NCBI GenBank assembly: GCA_902620285.1
Contig: CACNHT010000006.1
Span: 857 to 64,856, forward strand
From: an uncultured Alphaproteobacteria bacterium
GTDB lineage: Bacteria > Pseudomonadota > Alphaproteobacteria > HIMB59 > GCA-002718135
DNA length: 64,000 nt
Direction of reading: 5' to 3'
Shown: piece by piece, positions 26,093 through 36,026 of the stretch
Position numbering within the stretch: the first letter of the stretch is position 1
Layout: every line of letters starts with the position of its first letter
Program-made: the position numbers and the translations under genes
The notes under the pieces: generated by a model
Seen by the model: only the letters and a program-made list of their open reading frames with translations
Database searches by the model: none
What the model was told of the DNA's origin: nothing

Positions 26093-27008
26093 AATAATTA
26101 TTTTTTCGTAATGTAGAATAAATCTTTTCTACGCTTATAGAGTCCATATAGGACTTTGTTTTATCAATATTTATACTTTTAAAATAGTCATAGCTTTCAT
26201 TTGTTCTTATAACTTGTGAATCTTGCATAAATGGACCATAAATCATATCATTTGTTGGGCCAAATAATACTATAGACTTTAATTTTGTGGCTGAAGCCAT
26301 ATGTGATAATCCTGAATCATTTCCAATAAATAATTTTGATTTCTTCATATAAGCAGCAGTTTGAGTCAATGATGCGCCAAATAAATTAATTATCTTATTA
26401 CTATCAATATTTTTTGTTATTTCATTTAAATAATTTTCTTCTTCTGACTTTGAACCAACTAAAATAAATTTAATATTTTTATTTTGAGATAAAATTTTGA
26501 TTAATAGTGAATTATAATTTTTAATACTCCAAATTTTTGGTTTCCAATTTCCACCTGGAAATATAACAAAATATTTAAATTCATCGGACAAATGTTTTGT
26601 AACTATTTCTTCTTCTTTTGTATTTGTCTCAATGAACAAATCTGAACAATCAAATTTAAAGTAATTAGATAATTGCTGCACATGGTTTAGATTAGATTTT
26701 TTTTTAAAAATAAATTTTTGCTTATGTTTTAAAAAATATGATAACAATGAACTTCTAAAATCAATAATTATATCCCACTTCTTTCCATAACAATTAGAAA
26801 TTATATCTAACCAATGCATATTGTATCTTTTTTTTGAAACAGTGATTATGTTCTCTACAGATTTAAAGTTTTTGAAAATTGATTTAGCAGATGGACCAAT
26901 TACAAATGTAAATTTAGTTTCAGGATATTTATTACTAAAATAATTTATTACTCCAGTTGATAGAATTGTATCTCCAATAAGATTTGACGAAATAACAAGA
27001 ATTTTCAC
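26085..27008 (-). CDS. Glycosyltransferase family 9 (LPS heptosyltransferase-like)
   Basis: 307 aa. MKILVISSNLIGDTILSTG N-terminus, C-terminal FIGNDSGLSHMASA and LFGPT, typical of GT9. 8-nt overlap with pyrC. Confidence 0.75.
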   Translation of the reverse strand: MKILVISSNLIGDTILSTGVINYFSNKYPETKFTFVIGPSAKSIFKNFKSVENIITVSKKRYNMHWLDIISNCYGKKWDIIIDFRSSLLSYFLKHKQKFIFKKKSNLNHVQQLSNYFKFDCSDLFIETNTKEEEIVTKHLSDEFKYFVIFPGGNWKPKIWSIKNYNSLLIKILSQNKNIKFILVGSKSEEENYLNEITKNIDSNKIINLFGASLTQTAAYMKKSKLFIGNDSGLSHMASATKLKSIVLFGPTNDMIYGPFMQDSQVIRTNESYDYFKSINIDKTKSYMDSISVEKIYSTLRKNNYCE

Positions 27009-27055
27009 AGAAATATTACACTTTTAATATATTCGATATATATATTTAGATAATT

Positions 27056-27886
27056 ATGAAAGATAAATACTTTTTTCATCATCTGAATTCAAGATTTTTT
27101 GAGATTTCTGGAAAAGATAGTAAATCATTTATTCAAAATTTAATTACTAATGACATTGAAAAATGTAACGATGGATCAATTATTTATTCATGTCTATTAA
27201 CACCTCAGGGTAAATTTTTAGCAGATTTTTTTATATTCAATATCAATGGAAACTATATTTTTGAAACTAATGATAAGTTTTATAGTAATTTAATAGGACG
27301 ATTAAAAATTTATAAACTTCGCTCTGATTTAGAAATTAAAGAAATTAATAATCTTAATTCTTATTCATTATTTAATATAGATTATAAGGGTGATTATAAT
27401 GTTTATTTAAATGATCCTAGAAATATCAACTTAGGTAAAAAACTTATAACGAATAAAAAAATTTTAATTGAAAAAGATAGATTGAAAGAAATTAATGAAA
27501 CAGAATATCATGAAATTTTAATTAATCATACAATACCCTATTCACCATTTGATATTTTAGAAAATAAATCTTTATTATTAGAAAATAATTTTGATAATTT
27601 AAATGCTATTGATTGGGATAAAGGATGCTATGTGGGTCAAGAAATTACTGCAAGAATGAAATACCGTGGATTACTCAAGAAAAAACTTTACGCTTTAAAA
27701 ATAAAAAGTGGAGATGTGCTAGAGGGAGATGAGTTGATAGTAGATAATAAAAAAATAGGTACAATTGTATCAAAAGCAAATTTAAATATTTTTGCTGCAT
27801 TAAATATTAATTTTGTTAATGAAATAAAAAATAAAAATCAAAATTTAGTAATTAATGATTCATTATCCTTTGATTTTTTAAACTGA
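27056..27886 (+). CDS. ygfZ: YgfZ-type folate-binding protein (aminomethyltransferase-like fold)
   Basis: 276 aa. DWDKGCYVGQEITARMKYRG is the YgfZ signature (KGCYxGQE). Confidence 0.8.
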   Translation: MKDKYFFHHLNSRFFEISGKDSKSFIQNLITNDIEKCNDGSIIYSCLLTPQGKFLADFFIFNINGNYIFETNDKFYSNLIGRLKIYKLRSDLEIKEINNLNSYSLFNIDYKGDYNVYLNDPRNINLGKKLITNKKILIEKDRLKEINETEYHEILINHTIPYSPFDILENKSLLLENNFDNLNAIDWDKGCYVGQEITARMKYRGLLKKKLYALKIKSGDVLEGDELIVDNKKIGTIVSKANLNIFAALNINFVNEIKNKNQNLVINDSLSFDFLN

Positions 27887-29026
27887 AAATTTTTTTCTAT
27901 AAAAACTTACAGGAATTATTAAAATCATAAAAATTATTAGCATTGGAATAAATATATTATTAATTCCATAGTTGTTTGCTATAAATCCTAATGAAGCTGG
28001 AGCCCCTATAAATGTTCCGTAAACTGCAATTGAAATTATTGTTATGCCTACTCCACTGTCAATTCCCTCAATTTTTCCAGCTAAACTATATGCGATAGGA
28101 ACAATTGAGGATGCTCCGATACCTAATAATGAAAAACCAATAATAGCTGCATAAATGCTGCTTAAATTAGATAAAATTATTAAACTTATAATCGTCGATA
28201 AAAATAAAAAGAAAATCAAAAGAAAAACTCCAATTTTATCTCTTACCCAATCACCACTAAATCTTCCGATAACCATAAAAATATTAAAACTAAGAGTTGC
28301 TAAGCCGATATAGAAACCATCAACTTGAATAAAATCTCTCATATAGAGAGCTCCCCATGCATCAACACTTCCTTCCGTTAGAGCATTTGCCATTGCAATT
28401 AATGCTAATAAAAAAATCAGTAAGGGCCAAATAAAAAATATATTTTTTTTACTGGAGTCTTCTGATTTTGTTTCAACTTGTGACTCTAAACAAAGTACAA
28501 AATACAAACTCAAAGGAAGAAGAATGATAACATACAAAAGTATATTAAAAATAAAAGAATAATTCCACTCTAGCAAAAAGCTTGTAATTAGAGATCCAAA
28601 TAAAACTCCAAGACTCCAAAATGCATGAAACCCTGACATCATTGATTTTTTTTCTCTAACTTCTAAATTTGATGCATAAACATTGCATGCTATTTCGAAT
28701 GCACCATAACTCATACCAAAAACAAATGAGAAAACCATAAAAAGCCATAACTCTTGAATGAAAGGTACTGGCAACCACAAACAACCTTCAGCAATTAAGG
28801 TGCATGTTAAAATAGATTTTGTTGAAGTTTTCAGAATAAGAGCATTTGCAAAAATCATTGCAACAATTGAACCAATTGCAAATGATAACATAATATATCC
28901 AACACCAACATAATCAGTTTGCAGTTGATCCTTTATGGTAGGTATCCTAATAGCCCATAAACCTACATAACAAGCAGTTATAAAAAAAATAATTTTTATA
29001 GCATGAATATCACTAACTTTTTTCAT
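27878..29026 (-). CDS. MFS-type transporter
   Basis: 382 aa, about 12 predicted hydrophobic helices with a central charged loop (ESQVETKSEDSSKK). Substrate unknown. Confidence 0.7.
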   Translation of the reverse strand: MKKVSDIHAIKIIFFITACYVGLWAIRIPTIKDQLQTDYVGVGYIMLSFAIGSIVAMIFANALILKTSTKSILTCTLIAEGCLWLPVPFIQELWLFMVFSFVFGMSYGAFEIACNVYASNLEVREKKSMMSGFHAFWSLGVLFGSLITSFLLEWNYSFIFNILLYVIILLPLSLYFVLCLESQVETKSEDSSKKNIFFIWPLLIFLLALIAMANALTEGSVDAWGALYMRDFIQVDGFYIGLATLSFNIFMVIGRFSGDWVRDKIGVFLLIFFLFLSTIISLIILSNLSSIYAAIIGFSLLGIGASSIVPIAYSLAGKIEGIDSGVGITIISIAVYGTFIGAPASLGFIANNYGINNIFIPMLIIFMILIIPVSFYRKKFSV

Positions 29027-29035
29027 ACAATTATA

Positions 29036-30397
29036 TTAATTAAAATATTTTTTGTAATATTCAGATAAATTTTCGATAGAAACTCTTTCCTGTTTCATAG
29101 TATCTCTATCCCTAACAGTAACACTTTCATCTTCTAGAGTTTCAAAATCTACAGTTAAACAAATTGGTGTTCCTATTTCATCATGTCTTCTATAATTCTT
29201 ACCAATGTTTCCTGAATTTTCTAAAACAACTCTACCTAATCCCAATTTCTGTAGATTAGATTTTATTTCTTTAGATAAATTAACTAATTCCTCATTATTC
29301 TTTTTGAGAGGAATAACTGCGGCTTTAATAGGTGAAAGATGAGGTTTAAGAGATAAAAGAATTCTTTTATTATCTTTATCAACATTTTCTTCACGATAAG
29401 CTTCATTTAACAAAGCAAGAACTCCTCTATCAACGCCAGCTGATGGCTCAATTACGTATGGAATATACCATTTTTTTTCTTCTAAATCTTGAACAGCTAG
29501 TTTTGTGGTTGAAGAGGAGTTTTTCATAACTTCTGATGTAATTTTAAAATCGTTTTGATTTTTAGTATGAGAACCTAAGTCAAAGTCAGTTCTATTGGCT
29601 ACCCCTTCTAGTTCCTCTTCACCGTGAGGAAACACATAATTGATATCAACGGTTCTTTTTGAGTAGTGAGCTAGTTCATTTTTTTCTACTTCAATTTTTT
29701 TTAAATTTTCTTTTTTTATGCCTTGATTAACCCACCATTCTATTCTCTTATTTATCCAATATTCATGCCATTCATCATCAGTACCTGGTTTAACAAAAAA
29801 CTCTAATTCCATTTGTTCAAACTCTCTAACTCTAAAAATAAAATTACGAGGTGTTATTTCATTTCTAAATGCTTTTCCCATTTGTGCGATACCAAAAGGA
29901 ACAGTTCTAGAAGTTGAATCTAATATATTTTTAAAATTAGTAAAAATTTGCTGACACGTTTCTGGTCTTAAATATGCGAATGAAGAACCATCATCTACTG
30001 GTCCAATTGCAGTTTTAAACATTAAATTAAAAGGTCTTGGCTCAGTAAGATCTTCCGATTTACAATTTGGGCATTTATTATTTTCAAATAATTGATCTGC
30101 TCTCCACCTTGACTTACATGCCCGACAATCAACGAGAGGATCGGTAAAAGTATCTTCATGGCCTGAATGTTTTAGAACTACTGGAGAATTTAAAATTGAG
30201 GCATCCAAACCTTCGGTATCATCTCGTTCATATACCATTGATTTCCACCAAGCTTGTTTAAGATTATTTTTGAACTCGACTCCCATTGGTCCATAATCAT
30301 ATAACCCCTTAATACCACCATAGATGTCATTTGATTGAAATAGAAAACCTCTTCTTTTACAAAGAGAAACTAACTCTTCCATTGTTTGTGCAGTCAT
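29036..30397 (-). CDS. glyQS: Glycine--tRNA ligase, homodimeric class II type
   Basis: 453 aa. [66 protein letters not shown]. Confidence 0.9.
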   Translation of the reverse strand: MTAQTMEELVSLCKRRGFLFQSNDIYGGIKGLYDYGPMGVEFKNNLKQAWWKSMVYERDDTEGLDASILNSPVVLKHSGHEDTFTDPLVDCRACKSRWRADQLFENNKCPNCKSEDLTEPRPFNLMFKTAIGPVDDGSSFAYLRPETCQQIFTNFKNILDSTSRTVPFGIAQMGKAFRNEITPRNFIFRVREFEQMELEFFVKPGTDDEWHEYWINKRIEWWVNQGIKKENLKKIEVEKNELAHYSKRTVDINYVFPHGEEELEGVANRTDFDLGSHTKNQNDFKITSEVMKNSSSTTKLAVQDLEEKKWYIPYVIEPSAGVDRGVLALLNEAYREENVDKDNKRILLSLKPHLSPIKAAVIPLKKNNEELVNLSKEIKSNLQKLGLGRVVLENSGNIGKNYRRHDEIGTPICLTVDFETLEDESVTVRDRDTMKQERVSIENLSEYYKKYFN

Positions 30398-30404
30398 ATA
30401 ACTC

Positions 30405-30566
30405 TTAATCTTTTGGTTTATATTCTTTCGTTCTTGGATCTTTCTCTAAATCGATTACTGAGTCATTATTTACTTTATTATTAGTGAATTTGTCTTGTTT
30501 TTTTTTCTTAAATCTTAAAATTAATAAAATAGAAGCTAAAATTACAAATAAAACTAGAAATTTCAT
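30405..30566 (-). CDS. Small (53 aa) single-pass membrane peptide, unannotated
   Basis: Below the ORF-track size cutoff. My translation is [53 protein letters not shown]. The ATG shares one base with the sppA stop (TAATG) and the stop lies 7 nt before the glyQS ATG, so it fills the gap exactly. Confidence 0.4.
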   Translation of the reverse strand: MKFLVLFVILASILLILRFKKKKQDKFTNNKVNNDSVIDLEKDPRTKEYKPKD

Positions 30567-31396
30567 TACAAACCAAACCTAGAAAACATAATTCGTTCTT
30601 CAATTTTATTTAAAATTTCATCAGAATTAAATATTGAAGAAGAAAACCTACGTTGTAAAAATGATTTTTTTTGACTGATTATTTTAATTTTAATTTTTTT
30701 TCCAAACTTCTCTTCTAAAATTGGTTTTATTGCACCAATACCATCAGCTAAACCTAAATCGATAGCTTTATTACCAACCCAAAATAAACCAGAAAAGATA
30801 TCATCTAATTTATTCTGATCGAGTTTTGAACCTCTTCTATCTTTTACATAATTAATAAAATTATCATGAATTTGTTCTTGAATATTTTTTAATCTATCAA
30901 TGTCTTCCTGTTTTTCTTCTTTGAAAGGATCAAGAAAACTTTTACTTTTTCCAGATGTATACACTCTTCTTTCTATTCCAACTTTTTTTAAAAAATCAAC
31001 AAAACCAAAACCTGGTGAAATAACACCAATTGATCCAATAACAGAGTTTTGATCAATATATATTTCATCAGCAGCACATGCTAACCAATAACCACCAGAA
31101 GCTGCAACATCTTCAACGAATGCTAATACTTTTTTGTTTTTTTCCTTTGCCAGATCAATGATCCTTTTTGCTATTAAAGAGGATTGTGTAGGAGAACCTC
31201 CAGGTGAATTAATGACCAAACCTACAACAGGAGATTTTTTATCAGCAAATAACTTATCAATTAACTTTTCTAAATTATTGATTGCTAAACCAGAGCCTGT
31301 TAAGCCTGACTGTGATGATATAATGCCAGATAAACGTAAAACCGGTATTGTAGTACTCTTCGAAAATAACCTTTTAAACATAATATCTAATAACAA
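30566..31396 (-). CDS. sppA: Signal peptide peptidase SppA, 36K type (S49)
   Basis: 276 aa. INSPGGSP, VAASGGYWLACAADEIY. Confidence 0.85.
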   Translation of the reverse strand: MLLDIMFKRLFSKSTTIPVLRLSGIISSQSGLTGSGLAINNLEKLIDKLFADKKSPVVGLVINSPGGSPTQSSLIAKRIIDLAKEKNKKVLAFVEDVAASGGYWLACAADEIYIDQNSVIGSIGVISPGFGFVDFLKKVGIERRVYTSGKSKSFLDPFKEEKQEDIDRLKNIQEQIHDNFINYVKDRRGSKLDQNKLDDIFSGLFWVGNKAIDLGLADGIGAIKPILEEKFGKKIKIKIISQKKSFLQRRFSSSIFNSDEILNKIEERIMFSRFGL

Positions 31397-31510
31397 ATGT
31401 TAATCTTTTCTTAAAGAGTTATGTAGCATTTGTTTGTAATTTTAGTAATTTGAGTTTAAGTGCGTCAATTAAGTTAATGAATTAACATAATATTCTAATA
31501 GTTAAATAAT

Positions 31511-32548
31511 ATGGATAATGTTCTTCCACTTAGAAAAAAAAATTTTTCATTTGAAAATGAAATCAGAGAATTAACAGATCTATGCAAAGAAGACCTTGTA
31601 TCCGTAAATACTATAATCCTTGATAAATTAGATAGCAATGTACCTTTAGTTCATGAAGTTGGAAAATACCTTATCTTATCAGGGGGAAAGCGATTACGAC
31701 CTCTTTTAACTGTTTCAAGTTTTCATATGACAAGAAATGAAACTAGTGAAATTGCAAATAAAATGAATCATATCGGTCTATCTGCAGCAGTAGAATTTAT
31801 TCATACAGCAACACTATTACATGATGATGTAATAGATGAAAGTAAACAAAGAAGAGGAAAACCTACGGCAAATGAGAAATGGAAAAATAAAACAAGTGTA
31901 TTAGTTGGTGATTTTTTATTCAGTAGGGCTTTCCAATTAATGACAAAATATGGCAACACTGAAACATTAAAAATATTAGCTGATACTAGTGTTGTAATTT
32001 CTGAAGGAGAGGTTTTAGAACTCGCTAATGATAAAAATTTAGAAATAAATGAAAATATTTATTTTGAAGTTGTAAATGCAAAGACTGCTTCTTTATTTAG
32101 TGCAGCGTGTCAAGTTGGATCAATTAGTGCTCTTGGAACAGAGGCTGAGGTTAATGCATTAAAATCATTTGGAACAAACTTTGGGATGACTTTTCAATTA
32201 ATTGACGATGCTATTGATTATTCTTCAAATAAAAAAATATTAGGAAAAAATACTGGAGATGATTTTAAAGAAGGTAAAATTACTCTTCCAATAATATTAG
32301 CATACGGAAGATCAAATGATAAAGAAAAAAAATTTTGGGAAAGAACAATATCTGATCTTAATCAAAATGATGGTGATTTTGAAATGGCATTAGAAATAAT
32401 TAATAAATATCAATGCATTGAAGATACTCTTACAAGAGCAAATCATTTCTCAAATGTAGCTATAGACTCAGTTGATATATTTAAAGATAATATTTACAAA
32501 GAAAAATTAGTATCCCTTGTTTCAAAAAGCGTTTCAAGAATTTATTAA
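31511..32548 (+). CDS. ispB: Polyprenyl (octaprenyl-type) diphosphate synthase
   Basis: 345 aa. First and second Asp-rich motifs LLHDDVIDES..RRG and QLIDDAIDY, GKRLRP. Confidence 0.85.
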   Translation: MDNVLPLRKKNFSFENEIRELTDLCKEDLVSVNTIILDKLDSNVPLVHEVGKYLILSGGKRLRPLLTVSSFHMTRNETSEIANKMNHIGLSAAVEFIHTATLLHDDVIDESKQRRGKPTANEKWKNKTSVLVGDFLFSRAFQLMTKYGNTETLKILADTSVVISEGEVLELANDKNLEINENIYFEVVNAKTASLFSAACQVGSISALGTEAEVNALKSFGTNFGMTFQLIDDAIDYSSNKKILGKNTGDDFKEGKITLPIILAYGRSNDKEKKFWERTISDLNQNDGDFEMALEIINKYQCIEDTLTRANHFSNVAIDSVDIFKDNIYKEKLVSLVSKSVSRIY

Positions 32549-32932
32549 TTAATATTCCTCATAAGATTTTACCTCTACTAATTCAGAGCCAAAAGTTTTA
32601 TTAATATCATTTTTTACTTTTGCTCTTTCATCATTGGTAAAATAGACACTTCTTGCTAGATCAATAAATGTTTGATCAAATAATTTTTTTCTTTCGCATT
32701 CTCTAATATCATCTTCTATATCCCACAATTTAGAATTTATATTTACTAGCTTTAGAAGAAAGTCATTTATTTCATCTTCAGAAATATATTTCTTTAATGT
32801 TTTCTGAAGAAATTCTAATTCTTTATTTACATGTTGAAGTTTTATTGAATCAGAGATGTTTTTCTTTTTAATCATTAAAATAGATATTTTATCTACTAAT
32901 TCGCCTAAGGAGATTGGAGTATTTATTAACAT
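32549..32932 (-). CDS. Conserved helical hypothetical protein (DUF6165-like, from memory)
   Basis: 127 aa. ISLGELVDKISILMIKKK...LWDIEDDIRECERKK. Start overlaps the upstream cupin gene stop by 1 nt. Function unknown. Confidence 0.55.
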   Translation of the reverse strand: MLINTPISLGELVDKISILMIKKKNISDSIKLQHVNKELEFLQKTLKKYISEDEINDFLLKLVNINSKLWDIEDDIRECERKKLFDQTFIDLARSVYFTNDERAKVKNDINKTFGSELVEVKSYEEY

Positions 32933-33276
32933 TAGATTATATTATAATTCTCATCATATCTTTTTATATCATTTTCATCGAGTATTTCACCGTACCACAT
33001 TTCTATGATTATTAAATTTTTAGAACCTTTATTAGCAATTCTATGAAGGGCGCCTTTAGGAATAAAAATATTTTCATTTTCTACAAGATTTATAGTTTTT
33101 TTATCTAAAGTAACCTCAACTTCACCTTCTGCAACGAGCCAATGCTCAGAACGATGCTCATGATTTTGTAAAGACAACATTCCTCCTGGTTTAATAAAAA
33201 GTTTTTTAACAAGAAATTTTTTACCTGATTTTAAAATCTCATAGTATCCCCAGGGTTTTTGAACAATAGAATTCAT
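32932..33276 (-). CDS. Stand-alone cupin, type II phosphomannose-isomerase C-terminal-domain-like
   Basis: 114 aa. KPWGYYEIL...LSLQNHEHRSEHWLVAEGE...IPKGALHRIAN matches the cupin of bifunctional PMI/GMP enzymes. Confidence 0.75.
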   Translation of the reverse strand: MNSIVQKPWGYYEILKSGKKFLVKKLFIKPGGMLSLQNHEHRSEHWLVAEGEVEVTLDKKTINLVENENIFIPKGALHRIANKGSKNLIIIEMWYGEILDENDIKRYDENYNII

Positions 33277-33314
33277 TATGAATGTTTATTTATATATTAT
33301 ATATCTATTTTTAA

Positions 33315-33962
33315 ATGATAAAAATTTCACCATCTATATTATCAGCTGATATACTAAAATTAGAAGAAGAAGTTAAACTTTTAGACAAGAATGGCGCTGA
33401 TTATATTCATATTGACATAATGGATGGCCACTATGTCCCCAATATTACTTTTGGACCAAATATAGTTAAGTCATTAAGAAAGGTTACCTCTAAAATTTTA
33501 GATGTGCATCTTATGATTAAACCAGTAAAGCAATATATTAATGATTTTGTAGAAGCTGGCTCAGATATCATTTCTTTTCACCCTGAGGCTGATGATAATC
33601 CAGAAGAAATTATTAAAATGATAAGTGATGCTGAAATTAAAGCAGGAATTGCCATACACCCTGATGTAGATATTGCAAATATTGATCATTTATTTAGTAA
33701 AGTTCAACAAATAATAGTTATGACAGTCACACCTGGTTTTGGCGGTCAAAAATTTATGCATGATCAAGTGCAAAAAATTAAAGATTTAGATGAAATTAGA
33801 AAAAATAATAATTATAACTATGAGATAGCTGTTGATGGTGGAATAAATAATGAAAATGCAAAAATATCTAAAGATAATGGAGCTGATGTGTTAGCAGTAG
33901 GTTCTTATTTATTATCTCAAAATCAAAATAACTATAATAAAATTATAAATTCCTTAAGATAA
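33315..33962 (+). CDS. rpe: Ribulose-phosphate 3-epimerase
   Basis: 215 aa. SILSAD, HIDIMDGHYVPNITFG, VMTVTPGFGGQKF, VDGGIN. Confidence 0.9.
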   Translation: MIKISPSILSADILKLEEEVKLLDKNGADYIHIDIMDGHYVPNITFGPNIVKSLRKVTSKILDVHLMIKPVKQYINDFVEAGSDIISFHPEADDNPEEIIKMISDAEIKAGIAIHPDVDIANIDHLFSKVQQIIVMTVTPGFGGQKFMHDQVQKIKDLDEIRKNNNYNYEIAVDGGINNENAKISKDNGADVLAVGSYLLSQNQNNYNKIINSLR

Positions 33963-34849
33963 TGGACTGGGATAAATTAAAATCATTTTACGAAATTGCA
34001 ATTTCAAGAAGCATTTCTAAGGCAAGTGCTAAACTAAATATTAGTCAATCTGCACTTAGTAGACAAATACAAGATCTCGAATATGATTTAAAGACGCCTT
34101 TATTTATAAGACATCAAAAAGGTGTAAGGTTAACAGAGCAAGGTGAAAATTTATTTAATACTGTAAATCAAATAAATTTTTCAATTTCTGATTTTGAAAA
34201 AAAATTATTAGATAAAAAAACTAAACCAGTAGGAAAATTAACAGTAAGCACAACTGTTGGTTTTGGATCGGCTTGGCTCACACCAAGAATTACTAAATTT
34301 GCTAATCAATATCCAGAGATAGATGTAAATTTAATTATGAGTGATGAAGAAGTTGATTTATCTGCAAGAGTTGCTGATGTTGCAGTTAGAGTAAAGAAAC
34401 CAACACAGGCAAATTTAATTTTTAAAAAATTTGTTAATTTTCATAACCACATTTACGGTTCTTCAGATTACTTACAAAAAAGTGGAATACCAAGAAATGT
34501 AAATGATTTAGATAAACATGATTTAATTTGCTTTGGAGCCGGATTACCTTCTCCTGTTTCTAATATTGATTGGATATTAAAAATTGGAAAAGAAGGAACA
34601 AAAAGACGACCTAAATTTAGAGTAAATAGTATTTACGCGATGTCACTTGCAATTGAAAAAGGTGGAGGTTTAGCATCTTTACCTGATTACATGGTTGCAG
34701 ATAAACCTCAGCTTGTACGTGTTCTGCCAAACTTAGAAGGTCCATCATATCAAACATACTTTGTTTATTCTGAATCTTTTAAAAACGATAGAAGACTTGA
34801 AGTTTTTAGGGATTTTTTATTTAATGAAGCTAAAGATTGGCATTATTAG
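33962..34849 (+). CDS. LysR-family transcriptional regulator
   Basis: 295 aa. N-terminal wHTH FYEIAISRSISKASAKLNISQSALSRQIQDLE plus a LysR substrate-binding domain. The ATG shares one base with the rpe stop. Confidence 0.85.
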   Translation: MDWDKLKSFYEIAISRSISKASAKLNISQSALSRQIQDLEYDLKTPLFIRHQKGVRLTEQGENLFNTVNQINFSISDFEKKLLDKKTKPVGKLTVSTTVGFGSAWLTPRITKFANQYPEIDVNLIMSDEEVDLSARVADVAVRVKKPTQANLIFKKFVNFHNHIYGSSDYLQKSGIPRNVNDLDKHDLICFGAGLPSPVSNIDWILKIGKEGTKRRPKFRVNSIYAMSLAIEKGGGLASLPDYMVADKPQLVRVLPNLEGPSYQTYFVYSESFKNDRRLEVFRDFLFNEAKDWHY

Positions 34850-34891
34850 TCTTTGACTTAATTTTTTATTTTTGTATACCGTATCTACATT

Positions 34892-34975
34892 ATGGGATAT
34901 CCAAAAAAACATAGAGGCAGACGTAAAAGAGGCTCTAAATATAGAAGAAACAAAAAGCGTCAAAAGAAGAAATAA
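34892..34975 (+). CDS. Tentative 27-aa hyper-basic peptide
   Basis: Only ORF in the 175-nt spacer. My translation is MGYPKKHRGRRKRGSKYRRNKKRQKKK (19 of 27 residues K/R/H). No obvious SD. A weak A/T-rich hairpin AAAAGAAG..CTTCTTTT (34962..34994) spans its stop. Confidence 0.3.
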   Translation: MGYPKKHRGRRKRGSKYRRNKKRQKKK

Positions 34976-35024
34976 TTAATACCTAACTTCTTTTTTAAAA
35001 TCTAATTGAACATATATATATACA

Positions 35025-36026
35025 ATGTTTAAATTTTTCACTGAACCAAAATGGTATGTATGGGCTTATGTAGGCTCAGTAGTCATTCTTACTTCTATAT
35101 GGGTTCAAGTTCAAATTGATGTACAGATTAACGAATGGTTTGGTGAATTTTATGACATGATCCAAAAAGCACTGGGGACACCAAATGCTATAACTATGCA
35201 AGAATATATGGGTGCTTTATTTAGTTTTGCTCAACTTGCTGCTATTTCAATTGCATTAGGACTAGCAATTTCATTCCTAACTTCTCATTTTCTTTTTAGA
35301 TGGAGAACAGCAATGGTTGAGTGGTACCATAGTGTTTATGATCAAGCGAGAACTATCGAAGGTGCAAGTCAAAGGGTTCAAGAAGATACGATAAAATTTA
35401 GTAGAATTATGGAAGGTCTTGGAACGAGCTTAATTGAGTCAGTTCTTGTGCTAGTAGAGTTCTTCCCTCTCTTAATGACTTTATCAGTTGGTATACCAAT
35501 TTTATGGTTTGGTGATTGGCAATACGGTTTAGTATCTGGAGCATTTATATGGGCTGTCGGTGGTACAATTTTAATGATTGTACTAGCATGGTTACTAAGA
35601 CTAGTTGGTATTGAATATGATCTTCAAAAAAAAGAAGCTGCTTATAGAAAAATTCTTGTTATTGCTGAAGATGATGGAAGTATTAGGCCTAAATCTTTAG
35701 AAGAACTTTTTCAAGGCGTTAGAGAAATTCACTTCAAAAGTTATTTGTATTATCTTTATTTTAGTATTGGAAGATTAGCTTACCTACAAGCTAATGTTCT
35801 TGCTGCTTACATTTTTTTAGCACCAGCAATTGTTGCAGGTGTCATGACACTTGGAGTTATGCAACAAATTATAAGAGCTTTTGGAAGAGTTGAAGGATCT
35901 CTACAGTATTTATTTAGAGCATGGCCTACAATTATAGAACTTGCTAGTGTGTATAAAAGATTAAGAGAATTTGAGAATAAAATAGAAAAAAACATTCAGG
36001 ATGAAAAAACTGGTATAGTACGTTAG
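35025..36026 (+). CDS. SbmA/BacA-like inner-membrane transporter (no ATPase domain)
   Basis: 333 aa. The N-terminal region ...VQIDVQINEWFGEFYDMIQKAL resembles the SbmA/BacA segment ...VNAWYAPFYDLIQTAL. Multiple TM helices. Confidence 0.7.
   Translation: MFKFFTEPKWYVWAYVGSVVILTSIWVQVQIDVQINEWFGEFYDMIQKALGTPNAITMQEYMGALFSFAQLAAISIALGLAISFLTSHFLFRWRTAMVEWYHSVYDQARTIEGASQRVQEDTIKFSRIMEGLGTSLIESVLVLVEFFPLLMTLSVGIPILWFGDWQYGLVSGAFIWAVGGTILMIVLAWLLRLVGIEYDLQKKEAAYRKILVIAEDDGSIRPKSLEELFQGVREIHFKSYLYYLYFSIGRLAYLQANVLAAYIFLAPAIVAGVMTLGVMQQIIRAFGRVEGSLQYLFRAWPTIIELASVYKRLREFENKIEKNIQDEKTGIVR

Noticed and set aside
31397-31510. Inverted repeat GTTAAT-GA-ATTAAC in the sppA/ispB divergent spacer as a regulator site
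   Set aside because: The arms are only 6 bp and made entirely of A/T-rich sequence, which is expected by chance at this base composition. There is no supporting context.
32549-33276. Toxin-antitoxin pair (two small overlapping genes isolated between oppositely oriented neighbours)
   Set aside because: The first gene is clearly a PMI-type cupin (KPWGYYEIL, HEHRSEHW). Neither protein resembles known toxin or antitoxin folds that I can recognise.
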